Source: an uncultured Muribaculum sp. (GTDB taxonomy: Bacteria; Bacteroidota; Bacteroidia; Bacteroidales; Muribaculaceae). From it: a stretch of DNA of 64,000 bases. The DNA lies in NCBI GenBank assembly GCA_910578785.1, contig CAJTSJ010000011.1:9248-73247 (forward strand). The letters are read 5' to 3'. Both the position numbers and the translations under genes were made by a program. Shown here in pieces: positions 50,573 to 63,020 of this stretch; the first letter of the stretch is position 1; the number at the start of each line of letters is the position of its first letter. The notes under the pieces are model-generated. The model was not told where the DNA came from. It saw only the letters and a program-made list of their open reading frames with translations, and did no database searches.

Positions 50573-51874
50573 TTATCTGAGCCACTTGAACAACTCCATA
50601 TACGACACCTTCTTGCCATAGCGAAGAATTCCGTTACGGTAGATTCTCGCCGCAAAGTAAGTGAAAAGTATCGCACAGCCATACAGCACGCCTATGCTCG
50701 TCAGCAATTGCCACACAGGCACGTCGTAAGGCAAGCGCGTCATCATAACTATCGGCGAAGTAAACGGTATGATCGAACACCAGACACCGAGCTGTCCGTT
50801 TGGATTCTCTATGCACGACTCGCCGATAAGCAGGGCAAACACGATTATCATCATCACCGGAGTAGTGAACTGGGCTGTATCGGACTGCTGGTCGACAGCA
50901 GAACCGAATCCGGCAAACAGAGCGGCGTAAAGCAGATAGCCGCCGATGAAATATATTATGAACATGCCGAGCAACTGAATCCAGTTGACAGACATGACCA
51001 TCTGGATTATCTTTGCAAGGTCGGAATCTATGTTCGGCATGGCCTGCTCCATGCCGGGTGTCATTCCGGGAGCCATAGCCGATGTGTCAGGCACAAGTCC
51101 GCTCATGCTGAGCATCGCCATTCCAACACCCAAAAGCACAGCCCAGATGGCAATCTGTGTAAGTCCGACAAGAGCGACACCGATAATCTTACCCATCATC
51201 AGTTCTATAGGTCGGCATGAGCTGACTATCACCTCGACAATTCTGTTGGTCTTGTCCTCGACTACTGAAGCCATGATCATGGCGCCGAACATAAGTACAA
51301 ATATGTAGATTATGAATGCAAGAACGATACCTACTACAGAAGCAAGCACAGTCGACGACACTTCGTTGTCCCAGGTCAGGGCATCGACATCGACCTCTAT
51401 GTGCGAATCTTTCATCATCTGCTCAAACTCCGGAATGCCGTACGACAGTATTTTCTCACGCGAAAGGCGTTCGCCCAGCTGATCCTCGATACTGTTCATC
51501 AGCGACATGCGCACGGCATCGTCGGAATATACATTGACCTTCCTCGTTTCGGCCACATCTGCCGGAATAGTAATCAGCGCATAGGAGTCGCCGTAACGCT
51601 CGTGCAGGTCGGCAACCGGCGCAACCTCATCAGTAGAAATATAGACGAAACGATAGTCTTCGTTGTCTTCAAAAGCACCGGCAAACTTTCCGGAATTGTC
51701 GACAATGGTAACTGTTTCGGCCTCCGAGCTGTTGAACTGGGCCAGTACCACCGGGACCACCCCTATCAGAAGCACGAGCAACGGAACCAATATGGTTGAT
51801 ATGATAAATGACTTCTTGGCAACGATGGCGTAATATTCACGCTGCATCACAAGAAATAAGCGGTTCTTATTCAT
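50573..51874 (-). CDS. ABC-2 permease (NatB-like)
   Basis: VVEDKTNRIVEVIVSS, LMMGKIIG, IPFTSPIVM. Confidence 0.9.
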   Translation of the reverse strand: MNKNRLFLVMQREYYAIVAKKSFIISTILVPLLVLLIGVVPVVLAQFNSSEAETVTIVDNSGKFAGAFEDNEDYRFVYISTDEVAPVADLHERYGDSYALITIPADVAETRKVNVYSDDAVRMSLMNSIEDQLGERLSREKILSYGIPEFEQMMKDSHIEVDVDALTWDNEVSSTVLASVVGIVLAFIIYIFVLMFGAMIMASVVEDKTNRIVEVIVSSCRPIELMMGKIIGVALVGLTQIAIWAVLLGVGMAMLSMSGLVPDTSAMAPGMTPGMEQAMPNIDSDLAKIIQMVMSVNWIQLLGMFIIYFIGGYLLYAALFAGFGSAVDQQSDTAQFTTPVMMIIVFALLIGESCIENPNGQLGVWCSIIPFTSPIVMMTRLPYDVPVWQLLTSIGVLYGCAILFTYFAARIYRNGILRYGKKVSYMELFKWLR

Positions 51875-52781
51875 GTTGTTTAGTGACAGTTTCTATAAAT
51901 ATTTCGTTCATTGACGGCAGAATCTCTTCAAATCCGAGTATAGTATACTTTTCATTGAGCGTCGCTATGGTCTCGCGCATAGACACACCCGCAACCAAAG
52001 CCACTACGGCCTCACAGCCTCCGACAGAGTTCTGTTCAAGGCCCATGATAGAATAAAGCGCGGCGTCTGGAGCCAGCACAGGCTCGGCGATTGTGATTCT
52101 GAACAGATTCTTCTTAAACTGCTGGCGAATGCTGTAAACGTCGCCTTGCAGCACGGCATGCGAACGGTCAATCAATGTAATTTCCCGGCATATCTCCTCC
52201 ACCGATGCCATATTATGGGTAGAGAACAGTATCGTGGAACCATCGCGGTTCAACTCAAGAATCTCACGTTTCAGCTGTTCAACGTTTACAGGGTCGAATC
52301 CTGAAAACGGTTCGTCAAATATCAGGAGCTTCGGACGATGCACTACCGTAGATATGAACTGAACCTTCTGGGCCATTCCTTTCGACAGAGCTTCTATCTT
52401 TTTGTTGGTCCACTCCGACAGTCCGAGCTTATCAATCCACATACGAGCGGCAGTTCGGGCATCGCGCTTTGACATACCCTTCAACCGGCCAATGAATTCA
52501 ATCTGGTCAATGACTTTCATCTTTTTATACAGTCCACGCTCCTCCGGCAGATAGCCCATGTGCATGACATCCGACGGTGTCAACGGGCGTCCCTCCAAGA
52601 GCACTTCTCCCTCATCCTGCTTTATAATCTGATTAAGGATTCGAATCAAAGTAGTCTTTCCGGCACCGTTTGGTCCGAGAAGTCCGTAGACTTCCCCTTC
52701 CTGCACATTCAAGGACACATGGTCAAGGGCCACATGCTTGTCGTAGCGCTTGACTACATCTTTTACTTCTATTAAAGACAT
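51867..52781 (-). CDS. ABC transporter ATP-binding protein
   Basis: GPNGAGKT, LSKGMAQK, DEPFSG. Confidence 0.95.
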   Translation of the reverse strand: MSLIEVKDVVKRYDKHVALDHVSLNVQEGEVYGLLGPNGAGKTTLIRILNQIIKQDEGEVLLEGRPLTPSDVMHMGYLPEERGLYKKMKVIDQIEFIGRLKGMSKRDARTAARMWIDKLGLSEWTNKKIEALSKGMAQKVQFISTVVHRPKLLIFDEPFSGFDPVNVEQLKREILELNRDGSTILFSTHNMASVEEICREITLIDRSHAVLQGDVYSIRQQFKKNLFRITIAEPVLAPDAALYSIMGLEQNSVGGCEAVVALVAGVSMRETIATLNEKYTILGFEEILPSMNEIFIETVTKQHE

Positions 52782-52806
52782 GTAGATATCTATTATTATG
52801 TATTAA

Positions 52807-53655
52807 TTATACTTTTATCAGCTTAAGCGACGCCCAATCGTCAAGACTCACGAGCGAATCATAAGCCAGTCCGAATTCAGAAGCCTTGTTCACGATGTCG
52901 TCGGCATCGTTTTTGTAAAATCCGCTCAACAGCATGACTCCTCCGGGATTCAAAGCATCGGCATAAGCCTCTATATCGTTAAGGATGATGTTTTTGTTTA
53001 TATTGGCAAGCAGATAGTCCGACTTTGGCAAAGACTTCAAAGCGGAAGCATCGCCCAAAATCACATTTATCTCGCCATGATGGTTCAACGCCACATTCTC
53101 AACGGCATTGACATGGGCAAACTCGTCGATTTCAATTGCATTGACCGGCGACGCCCCTCTCATGGCAGCCAATATGGCCAGAATTCCGGTGCCGGTGCCG
53201 ACATCGACAAGCGACCTACCCTCGACTGGCAAGCTCAAAAGCCAGCGCAACATCAGGGTCGTGGTCTGGTGATGGCCTGTTCCGAACGCCATTTTCGGGT
53301 CGATGACTATATCATAAGGAGCCGATGGGACATCCGCATGAAACGAGCTGTGAATCACACACATATCGTCCACGATAATCGGTTTGAAGTAATTCTTCTC
53401 CCATTCCGCATTCCAATCCTGACCTTCAATCTCAGTCCAGCTTACCGAAGCCTTGACATCATCAAAAGGGAACTTCACCATTACATCCTTTAGAACGGAC
53501 TCATCGAAATCGCCTATCTTAACATAAGCAGTCAATCCTTCCTCATCCGGGACAAAACTCTCATAGCCGTGCTCGCACAACAACGCGGCGAATACATCGG
53601 TCATCGTCTCGTCGCAAGGAGTCAGATCGACCCTCACTTCCATATAATTGTTCAT
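52807..53655 (-). CDS. prmA: Ribosomal protein L11 methyltransferase
   Basis: DWNAEW, IDPKMAFGTGHH.TT, DVGTGTGILAI, LANIN. Confidence 0.95.
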   Translation of the reverse strand: MNNYMEVRVDLTPCDETMTDVFAALLCEHGYESFVPDEEGLTAYVKIGDFDESVLKDVMVKFPFDDVKASVSWTEIEGQDWNAEWEKNYFKPIIVDDMCVIHSSFHADVPSAPYDIVIDPKMAFGTGHHQTTTLMLRWLLSLPVEGRSLVDVGTGTGILAILAAMRGASPVNAIEIDEFAHVNAVENVALNHHGEINVILGDASALKSLPKSDYLLANINKNIILNDIEAYADALNPGGVMLLSGFYKNDADDIVNKASEFGLAYDSLVSLDDWASLKLIKV

Positions 53656-53745
53656 ATACCTGTGCAAAAAATATGATTAATGCGCACAAAGATACGAAAT
53701 AAAATCATACTATAAAGGAGACTGTCCTATAATATGTATAATAAA

Positions 53746-53778
53746 AGATAGCCGCCGGCACTAAGCCAACGGCTATCT
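53746..53778 (-). terminator. Terminator after typA
   Basis: AGATAGCCG...CGGCTATCT hairpin with an A-run on its left (U-tract on the minus strand). Confidence 0.7.
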
Positions 53779-53801
53779 CAAATATATCATAACAATTGAA
53801 T

Positions 53802-55598
<1,797 letters not shown>

Positions 55599-55644
55599 AT
55601 ACTTATTTTCCTATTTCGACTGCAAAATTACTATGTTATTAAAC

Positions 55645-55692
55645 ATATTCCAAGCCTCTTTGCGAAATTTTTCGCGAAGAGGCTTGGAATAT
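55645..55692. terminator. Long hairpin after the protease gene
   Basis: ATATTCCAAGCCTCTT / AAGAGGCTTGGAATAT 16-bp arms, extended by an inner GCGAAA/TTTCGC stem. Confidence 0.7.
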
Positions 55693-55726
55693 ACTGTATC
55701 GTAAAGACTCGCAACCCTATTCCCGA

Positions 55727-57367
55727 TTAAGGAATAGCGTTATAAAGCTCCTGAATCGCACTTTTGAGTTCTTCATTGTCGGTCAGCGAATATGCATGGC
55801 GCAAGTCGTCGTTGGCCGATTTGTACTCCTCAAGTCCGGCCGAACACAACGCACGGAAATAGTAGACCATCGCGCTGTCTTTGAAGTCGTCATACTTAAG
55901 TATGTAGTTCAAGTCCTTGCGTGCATCGTTGTAATTTTCCTGTCCGATATATATCTTCGCACGGAGGAAGTATATCTCCGGCTGGCTTTTATCGAGATTA
56001 ATAGCCTGGGTGATGTCCTGAAGAGCCTTCTTATATTCCTTTTGGTCGTGATATAGCAGACAGCGGTTCTTATAGGCAGTGGCACTGTTAGGATGTGCCT
56101 TTACGGCCTCTGTGAAATATTCCATTGCCTTGGAATTGTTGTCCTTAACATACTCTATTATGCCGAGTGCATTTAGTGCGTCCTCGTCTTCGGAATCAAC
56201 AGCCTCAAGAATCTCATTAAAAATAGCTGACGCATTGTCAAGTTCGCCTTCATGCATCCATGCGTAGCCATAGTTCTTCTGGTAGCTGTCTTTATCGAAG
56301 TTGAGCTTTTTACGGCTTTGGGCTATGTTTATCTCTTCAAAACGCCATCCGCGTCCGTCGCCGTTGACAAGGTCTATGCCCTTGAGCTTTTTATTGTTCT
56401 TTATGGCAGGAAAATACATCTTAAACTTTACTGTCGAAGCCAAAGGCACGGTCGTGCTGTTGGCACGGCTGTCGCCGAGGGTGCTCGAAGTCACATAATA
56501 CTTCTTGTTCTTTACGCGGTCGCGGATATAGAATCCGTTGTTCTTTTTATCAATCTCACACCAGAGCGGAGCCTCGCTGTTGAGCATGTCAAGATTGGTA
56601 TATGAGAAATAGCCGACAGTGGCATCTTTCTTGAATTCAAGAGCGTTAAGGCGCACATTTGGATTGTTGACCGCCGTAGTATTGATAATTACAAAGTTAT
56701 CTTTCTGATTGAATTTCTTATTCGTCTTCAGGAAGTCGTTGTCTTTTATTGCATCGAGCATCGGCTTGTCAAGACGCACGCCGAAGTTGATGTTCTGTCC
56801 GGTCTTGCTTATAAACGTTGCTACGGCGAGGACTTCCCCCTTGTCGTTAAGGATGGCGCTTCCGCTGCTTCCCGGAGATATGGGGGCGGTCACCTGAAGA
56901 ATAGGCCCATGAGAATCCTCACGCAGAGCCGACACACTACCCTCCGAAAATGTCTGCTCCAGACCGAGCGGCGCGCTTATATTGTAGACCTTATCGCCTT
57001 GCACAGGCTCGTCGGCCGCAAAGGTGAGATATTTAAATTTACGTCCGCCCGTATTTTTCAGACGAAACTTAACTATATCCTTCTTCTTATCCGACGCCAT
57101 TACGGATTCGATCTCGTATTCAATGCTGTCATGGGTATTGACCATAGCCTTGGTGGCGTTGTCAAGCACGTGGAAATTAGTGATGCCTGTTCCGTTCTCA
57201 TCAATGAAGAATCCGGAACCGCTTCCAGAAGGTGCGCCATACTCATCATAGGTATAGATTGTCACAGTGGCCTCTTTCGTATCACTGACTATATCCTGCA
57301 CACTGCGCTGGCACCCTATAGCCAGCAAAGCTATCACACAGGAAAAAATGCAAACGAGCTGTTTCAT
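55727..57367 (-). CDS. Trypsin-like serine protease lipoprotein with C-terminal TPRs
   Basis: Lipobox AIGC; GSGFF, TNFHV, KDI, ISPGSSG catalytic triad; several TPRs. Confidence 0.88.
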   Translation of the reverse strand: MKQLVCIFSCVIALLAIGCQRSVQDIVSDTKEATVTIYTYDEYGAPSGSGSGFFIDENGTGITNFHVLDNATKAMVNTHDSIEYEIESVMASDKKKDIVKFRLKNTGGRKFKYLTFAADEPVQGDKVYNISAPLGLEQTFSEGSVSALREDSHGPILQVTAPISPGSSGSAILNDKGEVLAVATFISKTGQNINFGVRLDKPMLDAIKDNDFLKTNKKFNQKDNFVIINTTAVNNPNVRLNALEFKKDATVGYFSYTNLDMLNSEAPLWCEIDKKNNGFYIRDRVKNKKYYVTSSTLGDSRANSTTVPLASTVKFKMYFPAIKNNKKLKGIDLVNGDGRGWRFEEINIAQSRKKLNFDKDSYQKNYGYAWMHEGELDNASAIFNEILEAVDSEDEDALNALGIIEYVKDNNSKAMEYFTEAVKAHPNSATAYKNRCLLYHDQKEYKKALQDITQAINLDKSQPEIYFLRAKIYIGQENYNDARKDLNYILKYDDFKDSAMVYYFRALCSAGLEEYKSANDDLRHAYSLTDNEELKSAIQELYNAIP

Positions 57368-57530
57368 GCGAAATTAGGAGTTAAACTATATTATTCAGGT
57401 AATAAATTACTATTTGGCAAATGTAGTCATTTATTTGCAAACATTAGCATAGTTTTATGTATTTTTCAATATCATCTCGATTTATTTAGCTTTGCGGTGC
57501 GAAGGGTCGTAATATCCAAGCTAACATAAT

Positions 57531-57567
57531 AAAAACGGGGGCCATGTTCAAAATGAAACGGCCCCCG
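57531..57567 (-). terminator. Terminator after dcp
   Basis: CGGGGGCC...GGCCCCCG stem preceded by AAAAA on the plus strand. Confidence 0.75.
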
Positions 57568-57592
57568 GTATAGATTAGCATCAACCGGCAGA

Positions 57593-59743
57593 TTAGTCGA
57601 TTGGCGCGTGCAATGGTTGCGGGAGAGTCTGTTCGGGAGTCTTGATGCCGTCACGTTCGAGGAGTGCATCTATTGTCGGCTCCTGGCCACGGAATCGCTT
57701 GTAAAGCTCCATCGGATGCTCGGTTCCGCCCTTTTCGAGTACGTTTTTACGGAATGAATCGGCTGTGGCCTTATCGAAAAGTCCGTTCTTCAGGAACATT
57801 GAGAAAGCATCGGCATCAAGCACTTCCGCCCACTTATAGCTGTAATAACCCGCGGCATAGCCTCCGGAGAATATATGACTGAAAGTAGAGCAGACCATGG
57901 TGCCGTCTACGTCAGGGAACAATGACACTCGCTTCATAGACTCGCGCTCAAACGACACAGGGTCGTCGACCTTAGATGTCGTGGAGTGCCATGCCATGTC
58001 GACTACACCAAAACCAAGCTGGCGAAGGCATGCATATCCTGCTCCGTACTGCGAGGTATTGATAATTTTGTCGACCAGATTCTGCGGAATAGGCTCGCCG
58101 GTCTGATAATGCTTGGCAAATCCGTCAAGAAATTCTTTCTGAGTCAGATAATTCTCATTAAACTGCGAAGGAAGCTCAACAAAGTCGCGATAAACGTTAG
58201 TGCCGGAAAGCGACATATATTTGGTGGCCGCGAGCAGGCCGTGCAGTCCGTGACCGAACTCGTGCAGGAATGTCTCCACTTCATAGGGAGTCAGAAGCGA
58301 CGGCTTGGAATCGGTAGGCTTGGTAAAGTTCATGACTATGGTCACGTGCGGAGCCACCTTCTCGCCGTTGGCGTTTATATACTCCTCACGGAAATTGGTC
58401 ATCCACGCGCCGGGACGCTTGGTGGCACGCGGGAAAAAGTCGGTATATATGATGCCGATAAACTTTCCGTCGGCCTCGCTAACCTCGTAGGCTTTCACGT
58501 CAGGATGGTAAACCTCTATCGCGGGATTATGCTTGAACTGCAGTCCATAAAGACGTGTAGCCAGACCGAACACACCGTCTATCACATTGTTGAGTTCAAA
58601 ATACGGGCGGAGCTCTTCTTCGTCGTAATTATACTTCGATTCCTTAAGCTTGTTTGAATAGTAGCTGTAGTCCCATGCGTTCAACTTCACAGGACGGCCC
58701 TCAAGACGCGATGCGTAGTCCTCAATCTCGGCAAATTCACGCAACTGTGCCGGACGGTAGGCCTCGGCCAGCTGATCGAGCAGGCTGTTGACATTGGCCG
58801 GAGTCTCGGCCATGGTCTTTTCAAGGGCATATTCGGCATAAGTAGATTTTCCGAAAAGATTAGCGATCTGACGGCGCGCATCGGCAATCTCCGACATCAG
58901 CTCCACGTTGGAATATTCGCCCTTGGTATTACGGCTGTTGTACATCCGGTAGAACTTTTCGCGCAGGTCGGGGCGTGAACTATATTTCATGAAAGCCATA
59001 TAAGTCGGCTGGGCAAGAGTGAACAGAAACTCACCCTCACGGCCCTTGTCCTTGGCGGCCAGCGCGACGGCCTCGACTGAACTTTCAGGGAGTCCGGCCA
59101 AATCATCGGCTGTAAGCCAGATTTCATATGTATTCACCTCTTTAAGCACATTCTGGCCGAAGCGGGTGGTCATGTCCGACAGCCTGGCCGAGAGCTCACG
59201 GTACTTGTCGCGCTGTTCGCCCTGAAGGTCCGCGCCGCTGCGGGCAAACGAATCGTAAGTGCGCTGAAGAAGCATCATATCTTCGGCATTCAGATTCATA
59301 GACTCGCGGTTGTCGTACACGGTCTTGATTCTTTTCCACAGACCTTCGTTCAACGACATTCCCGTGCTATGACGCGACAATTTAGGAGACACCCTGAGAG
59401 AAATCTCCATAAGTTCGTCGTCGCTGTCGGCCGACAGAAGCGGATAGAACGTGCTGAGCACACGGTTCAGGTCGTCGCCTGTGCGCTCAAGCGCCACTAT
59501 GGTGTTCTCAAACGTCGGAGCTTCAGGATTATTAACTATGGCGTCAATCTCCCGGTTCTGCAGTTCCATTCCCCGGTCTATAGCGGATTCGTAGTGGGAA
59601 TTCTGAACTTTACTGAACGGAATGGTACCGTAAAGCGTGGTGTACTCACCAAAAAACGGATTGTCGCCGGATGTGGCCGGTACGGGTTGAGCCTGTGTCA
59701 TAATTGCAGAAAATGTCAGAAAGGCTAATGTCGCTTTTCTCAT
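57593..59743 (-). CDS. dcp: Peptidyl-dipeptidase Dcp (M3A), exported
   Basis: HEFGH, DFVELPSQ, FSHIFSGGYAAGYYSYKWAEVLDAD. Confidence 0.92.
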   Translation of the reverse strand: MRKATLAFLTFSAIMTQAQPVPATSGDNPFFGEYTTLYGTIPFSKVQNSHYESAIDRGMELQNREIDAIVNNPEAPTFENTIVALERTGDDLNRVLSTFYPLLSADSDDELMEISLRVSPKLSRHSTGMSLNEGLWKRIKTVYDNRESMNLNAEDMMLLQRTYDSFARSGADLQGEQRDKYRELSARLSDMTTRFGQNVLKEVNTYEIWLTADDLAGLPESSVEAVALAAKDKGREGEFLFTLAQPTYMAFMKYSSRPDLREKFYRMYNSRNTKGEYSNVELMSEIADARRQIANLFGKSTYAEYALEKTMAETPANVNSLLDQLAEAYRPAQLREFAEIEDYASRLEGRPVKLNAWDYSYYSNKLKESKYNYDEEELRPYFELNNVIDGVFGLATRLYGLQFKHNPAIEVYHPDVKAYEVSEADGKFIGIIYTDFFPRATKRPGAWMTNFREEYINANGEKVAPHVTIVMNFTKPTDSKPSLLTPYEVETFLHEFGHGLHGLLAATKYMSLSGTNVYRDFVELPSQFNENYLTQKEFLDGFAKHYQTGEPIPQNLVDKIINTSQYGAGYACLRQLGFGVVDMAWHSTTSKVDDPVSFERESMKRVSLFPDVDGTMVCSTFSHIFSGGYAAGYYSYKWAEVLDADAFSMFLKNGLFDKATADSFRKNVLEKGGTEHPMELYKRFRGQEPTIDALLERDGIKTPEQTLPQPLHAPID

Positions 59744-59870
59744 ATTATTAAACGTATTAAAAAAAATTGCGGTTACTAATCTGCAAAGATACAGACTAAT
59801 AATCGCATTTATCTCTTTAATACAAAATTTAACTTGTATACGCAGTCAAGTTTAGCCAACGACACGCTTG

Positions 59871-60164
59871 TCAGCGCCTAAAAAGGCGGTATACCTTCTG
59901 AAATTGCCTAAAAACCTGAAAGGCCAGAACACCATAATCGAGATATGAGAACCCGCTGAAGAGTTTCCGTGCCATAGACGAGCTGAAAAGACCTTGAGTG
60001 GTATTGCCCACCAGTTGCGACGTCTCCGACATGAGACGTTCCTTCTCTATCTCCATCTTGACATGATTGATGGCACGTCTGTATCTGATATCTTCCAGCG
60101 TCAATCCCTTCCATTCGCGGGATTCATCGCAGATACTGACAGGTGGTAATTGTTTGGCAGCCAT
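59871..60164 (-). CDS. Hypothetical protein
   Basis: 97 aa, co-oriented, 5 nt downstream of the holin-like gene. Confidence 0.65.
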   Translation of the reverse strand: MAAKQLPPVSICDESREWKGLTLEDIRYRRAINHVKMEIEKERLMSETSQLVGNTTQGLFSSSMARKLFSGFSYLDYGVLAFQVFRQFQKVYRLFRR

Positions 60165-60169
60165 AGATT

Positions 60170-60544
60170 CTACAATTTTTTATGGGTTTCAGACTCGGGT
60201 GCATCAAGAAACAGCTTCGAAAGGAAGCGGGCTATAGGGTCGACAAAGAGCTGCCGACGGAACAGAAGAGCCAAAATGGCAAGGAGGATATATACCCCCC
60301 CCATGATTATAAATGCCCACATGATGGGCAACACTTCGCCGAGAAGATATACAAGCCCCATTGAAATGAAGAAAAACGCAATCAATGCAAGCATCGCGAC
60401 AATACCTGCCAAAGCTCCCTTTGACATCAATATCGTCATTTTCTCGGTGGACAACAATCGAAAGTTCTCCACATAAAGTTTCAGGAACTCCACAGTGCTT
60501 TTCCACGTAGCCTTCAATTCCTCATTGCTGTTCTGGTCGTTCAT
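60170..60544 (-). CDS. Holin-like (phage holin superfamily) 2-TM membrane protein, non-prophage context
   Basis: LRL..TEK-like N-terminus (FRLLSTEK) and two TM helices; downstream of YtxH genes. Confidence 0.7.
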   Translation of the reverse strand: MNDQNSNEELKATWKSTVEFLKLYVENFRLLSTEKMTILMSKGALAGIVAMLALIAFFFISMGLVYLLGEVLPIMWAFIIMGGVYILLAILALLFRRQLFVDPIARFLSKLFLDAPESETHKKL

Positions 60545-60592
60545 TATCAACAGACTTTTATAACTCTAAAATAGTAAAGTGTCATGATTTAA

Positions 60593-60625
60593 GGTTATGC
60601 GCGGAATTGGATTCCGCGCATAACC
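60593..60625. terminator. Perfect hairpin between the YtxH pair and the holin-like gene
   Basis: GGTTATGCGCGGAAT-TGG-ATTCCGCGCATAACC, 15-bp stem. Confidence 0.65.
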
Positions 60626-60647
60626 AGTAAAACGTATAGATTTGATT

Positions 60648-60848
60648 CTAATCGTCAAGTTCTTTTGTAAGCTTCTCTACGAGAGCATCAACATCGGTCT
60701 CGCTGCACATTATGCCTTTCTCGCGCAGTATGTTGCAGATGCGTCGACGAAGGTCCTCGCCCTTTTCAGGGGCGAAGAGCACAGCCGCTCCTGCTCCAAC
60801 GATGGCACCACCGAGAAATGCAGAAATCAGTCCAAGAGTATTGTTCAT
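60648..60848 (-). CDS. YtxH domain protein
   Basis: GGAIVGAGAAVLFAPEKGEDLR. Confidence 0.85.
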   Translation of the reverse strand: MNNTLGLISAFLGGAIVGAGAAVLFAPEKGEDLRRRICNILREKGIMCSETDVDALVEKLTKELDD

Positions 60849-60871
60849 AATCCGGGGATTTTATTTGCTTG

Positions 60872-61069
60872 TTACTTTTTAATTTCCTCGACAATCTCGT
60901 CAACGAGTTCGTCCATCTTGTCCTTTCTCAGTGAGATTCCTTTTTCACGAAGAAAATCGCGGATGTTGTTGCGGGTATCCTCTCCTTTTTCAGGAGCTAA
61001 AAGTAGGCCTACGGCTGCACCGGCTATTGCGCCGCTTATTACAGCAAGTACGATGTGTAATGGTTTCAT
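60872..61069 (-). CDS. YtxH domain protein
   Basis: GAIAGAAVGLLLAPEKGEDTR. Confidence 0.85.
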   Translation of the reverse strand: MKPLHIVLAVISGAIAGAAVGLLLAPEKGEDTRNNIRDFLREKGISLRKDKMDELVDEIVEEIKK

Positions 61070-61137
61070 GAGCTTAATCTAATTGTTAAATTGTTAAAAC
61101 ACTATGTCTCTAAAACGCTTAAAACTCAAAAAAGTTC

Positions 61138-61809
61138 TTAAGCTTTGCGGGCGTCGGCCACATATCCAAGCGCTTCACGGCACTTTTCCGTCACATAAGC
61201 CCAGTCCTTGGCCACAACCTTATCCTTGGGGAACAGCTTCGAACCCATACCCACGCAATACACTCCGGCCTTAATCCACGAAGTGATGTTCTCGGCTGTC
61301 GGCTCCACTCCACCGGTAACCATCAGTTTTGACCACGGCATGGGAGCGAGAAGACCCTTTACGAATTTCGGGCCGAGGACATCGCCGGGGAATACCTTGC
61401 ACAAATCGCAACCGGCTTCCTGCGCAAAACCCACTTCCGAAATGCTTCCGCAACCTGGAGTGTAAGGAACCAGACGGCGGTTGCACACCTTAGCCACCTC
61501 GGGATTGAACAACGGACCCACCACGAAGGCGGCGCCAAGCTGAAGATAGAGGGCGGCAGTGGCCGGATCGACTATGGAGCCGACACCGACTGCCATTTCC
61601 GGACATTCCTTGGCCGCGAACTTAACCACTTCGGCAAACACTTCATGCGCAAAGTCGCCGCGATTGGTGAATTCAAACGCGCGCACCCCGCCATCGTAAC
61701 ATGCCTTAAGCACATTCTTAGCCACTTCCACATCCTTATGATAGAAAACAGGCACCATACCGGTGTCGCCGATTTTTGCCAAAACGGCCTGCTTGTCAAA
61801 TCTGCTCAT
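61138..61809 (-). CDS. eda: KDPG/KHG aldolase
   Basis: FEFTNR, GVGSI, KVFPG, MVTGGV, VGMGS; follows kdgK. Confidence 0.92.
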   Translation of the reverse strand: MSRFDKQAVLAKIGDTGMVPVFYHKDVEVAKNVLKACYDGGVRAFEFTNRGDFAHEVFAEVVKFAAKECPEMAVGVGSIVDPATAALYLQLGAAFVVGPLFNPEVAKVCNRRLVPYTPGCGSISEVGFAQEAGCDLCKVFPGDVLGPKFVKGLLAPMPWSKLMVTGGVEPTAENITSWIKAGVYCVGMGSKLFPKDKVVAKDWAYVTEKCREALGYVADARKA

Positions 61810-61836
61810 ATCGTTTATTCTTAATTTTAACACATC

Positions 61837-62859
61837 TTAACGCTGAACACGGCCGTTCGCACTACCTCCGGCAAGAGCCTTGACTTCGTCGGCACTTACC
61901 ATATTGAAGTCGCCGGGGATGGTATGCTTGAGAGCTGAAGCAGCAACGGCAAACTCAAGAGCTTCCTCCTGATTAGGCATGGTCAACAGGCCATGTATCA
62001 CACCTCCTGAGAACGAATCGCCACCTCCCACACGGTCTATGATGGGATTGATGTCGTAACGCTTCGAAACATAGAAATCTTTACCGTTGTATATCATGCC
62101 TTTCCATCCGTTGTGGGTGGCAGAGAACGATTCACGCAGAGTAGATATGACATACTTGAATCCGAATTCCTTCATCATGGCCTCAAATATACCCTTGTAT
62201 CCATCGGCATTGGTATCGCCGGCCTCGACATCGGCATCAGGCTTGAATCCGAGACATAGTTCAGCATCTTCTTCGTTTCCGATGCACACGTCGACATATT
62301 TCATCAAAGGACGCATTATAGACTGAGCCTTCTCCTTTGTCCACAGTTTCTTTCGGAAATTAAGGTCGACCGAAACCGTGACACCGTTACGTTTAGCGGC
62401 TTCACAAGCCAGACGGGTAAGCTCGGCCGCCTTGTCGGAGATGGCCGGAGTGATACCGCTCCAGTGGAACCAGTCGGCACCCTTCATGATAGCGTCAAAG
62501 TCGAAATCGGCAGGATCGGCTTCAGAGATAGACGAATGCGCACGGTCGTAAATCACCTTACTCGGACGCATCGAGGCTCCGGTCTCAAGATAATAGATTC
62601 CCACACGGTCGCCGCCACGAGCTATAAAGTCGGTGCGCACACCATAGCGACGAAGCGCATTTACGGCGGCCTGGCCTATTTCGTGAGCAGGAAGTTTACT
62701 TACGAAGTAAGCATCATGGCCATAATTGGCACAGCTTACAGCCACATTAGCCTCACCGCCTCCGTAGCATGCATCAAAATTGTCCACTTGCACGAAACGT
62801 GAAAATCCGGGGGTAGACAGACGGAGCATAATCTCCCCCATGGTTATTATCTTTCCCAT
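61837..62859 (-). CDS. kdgK: 2-dehydro-3-deoxygluconokinase (PfkB family)
   Basis: GEIMLRL, GGGEANVA, HWSGITPA, DLNFR..LW, DRVGGGDSF. Confidence 0.92.
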   Translation of the reverse strand: MGKIITMGEIMLRLSTPGFSRFVQVDNFDACYGGGEANVAVSCANYGHDAYFVSKLPAHEIGQAAVNALRRYGVRTDFIARGGDRVGIYYLETGASMRPSKVIYDRAHSSISEADPADFDFDAIMKGADWFHWSGITPAISDKAAELTRLACEAAKRNGVTVSVDLNFRKKLWTKEKAQSIMRPLMKYVDVCIGNEEDAELCLGFKPDADVEAGDTNADGYKGIFEAMMKEFGFKYVISTLRESFSATHNGWKGMIYNGKDFYVSKRYDINPIIDRVGGGDSFSGGVIHGLLTMPNQEEALEFAVAASALKHTIPGDFNMVSADEVKALAGGSANGRVQR

Positions 62860-63020
62860 AAATCTAAATAAGTAAAATACGTTTTATTAACTATTGCAAA
62901 ATTAACTATAAATACGTCCCAGCACAAAAATTCTCTCAAAAACTTCAGACAAATATTCTGCGCAATTCCATAAAAACGCACATTCTCTTACCTATGCCTA
63001 CCGGAAGGCACACACCCGGA

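Noticed and set aside
60170..60544. Holin-like gene as evidence of a prophage
   Set aside because: No endolysin, structural or replication phage genes nearby; the context is YtxH and housekeeping genes.
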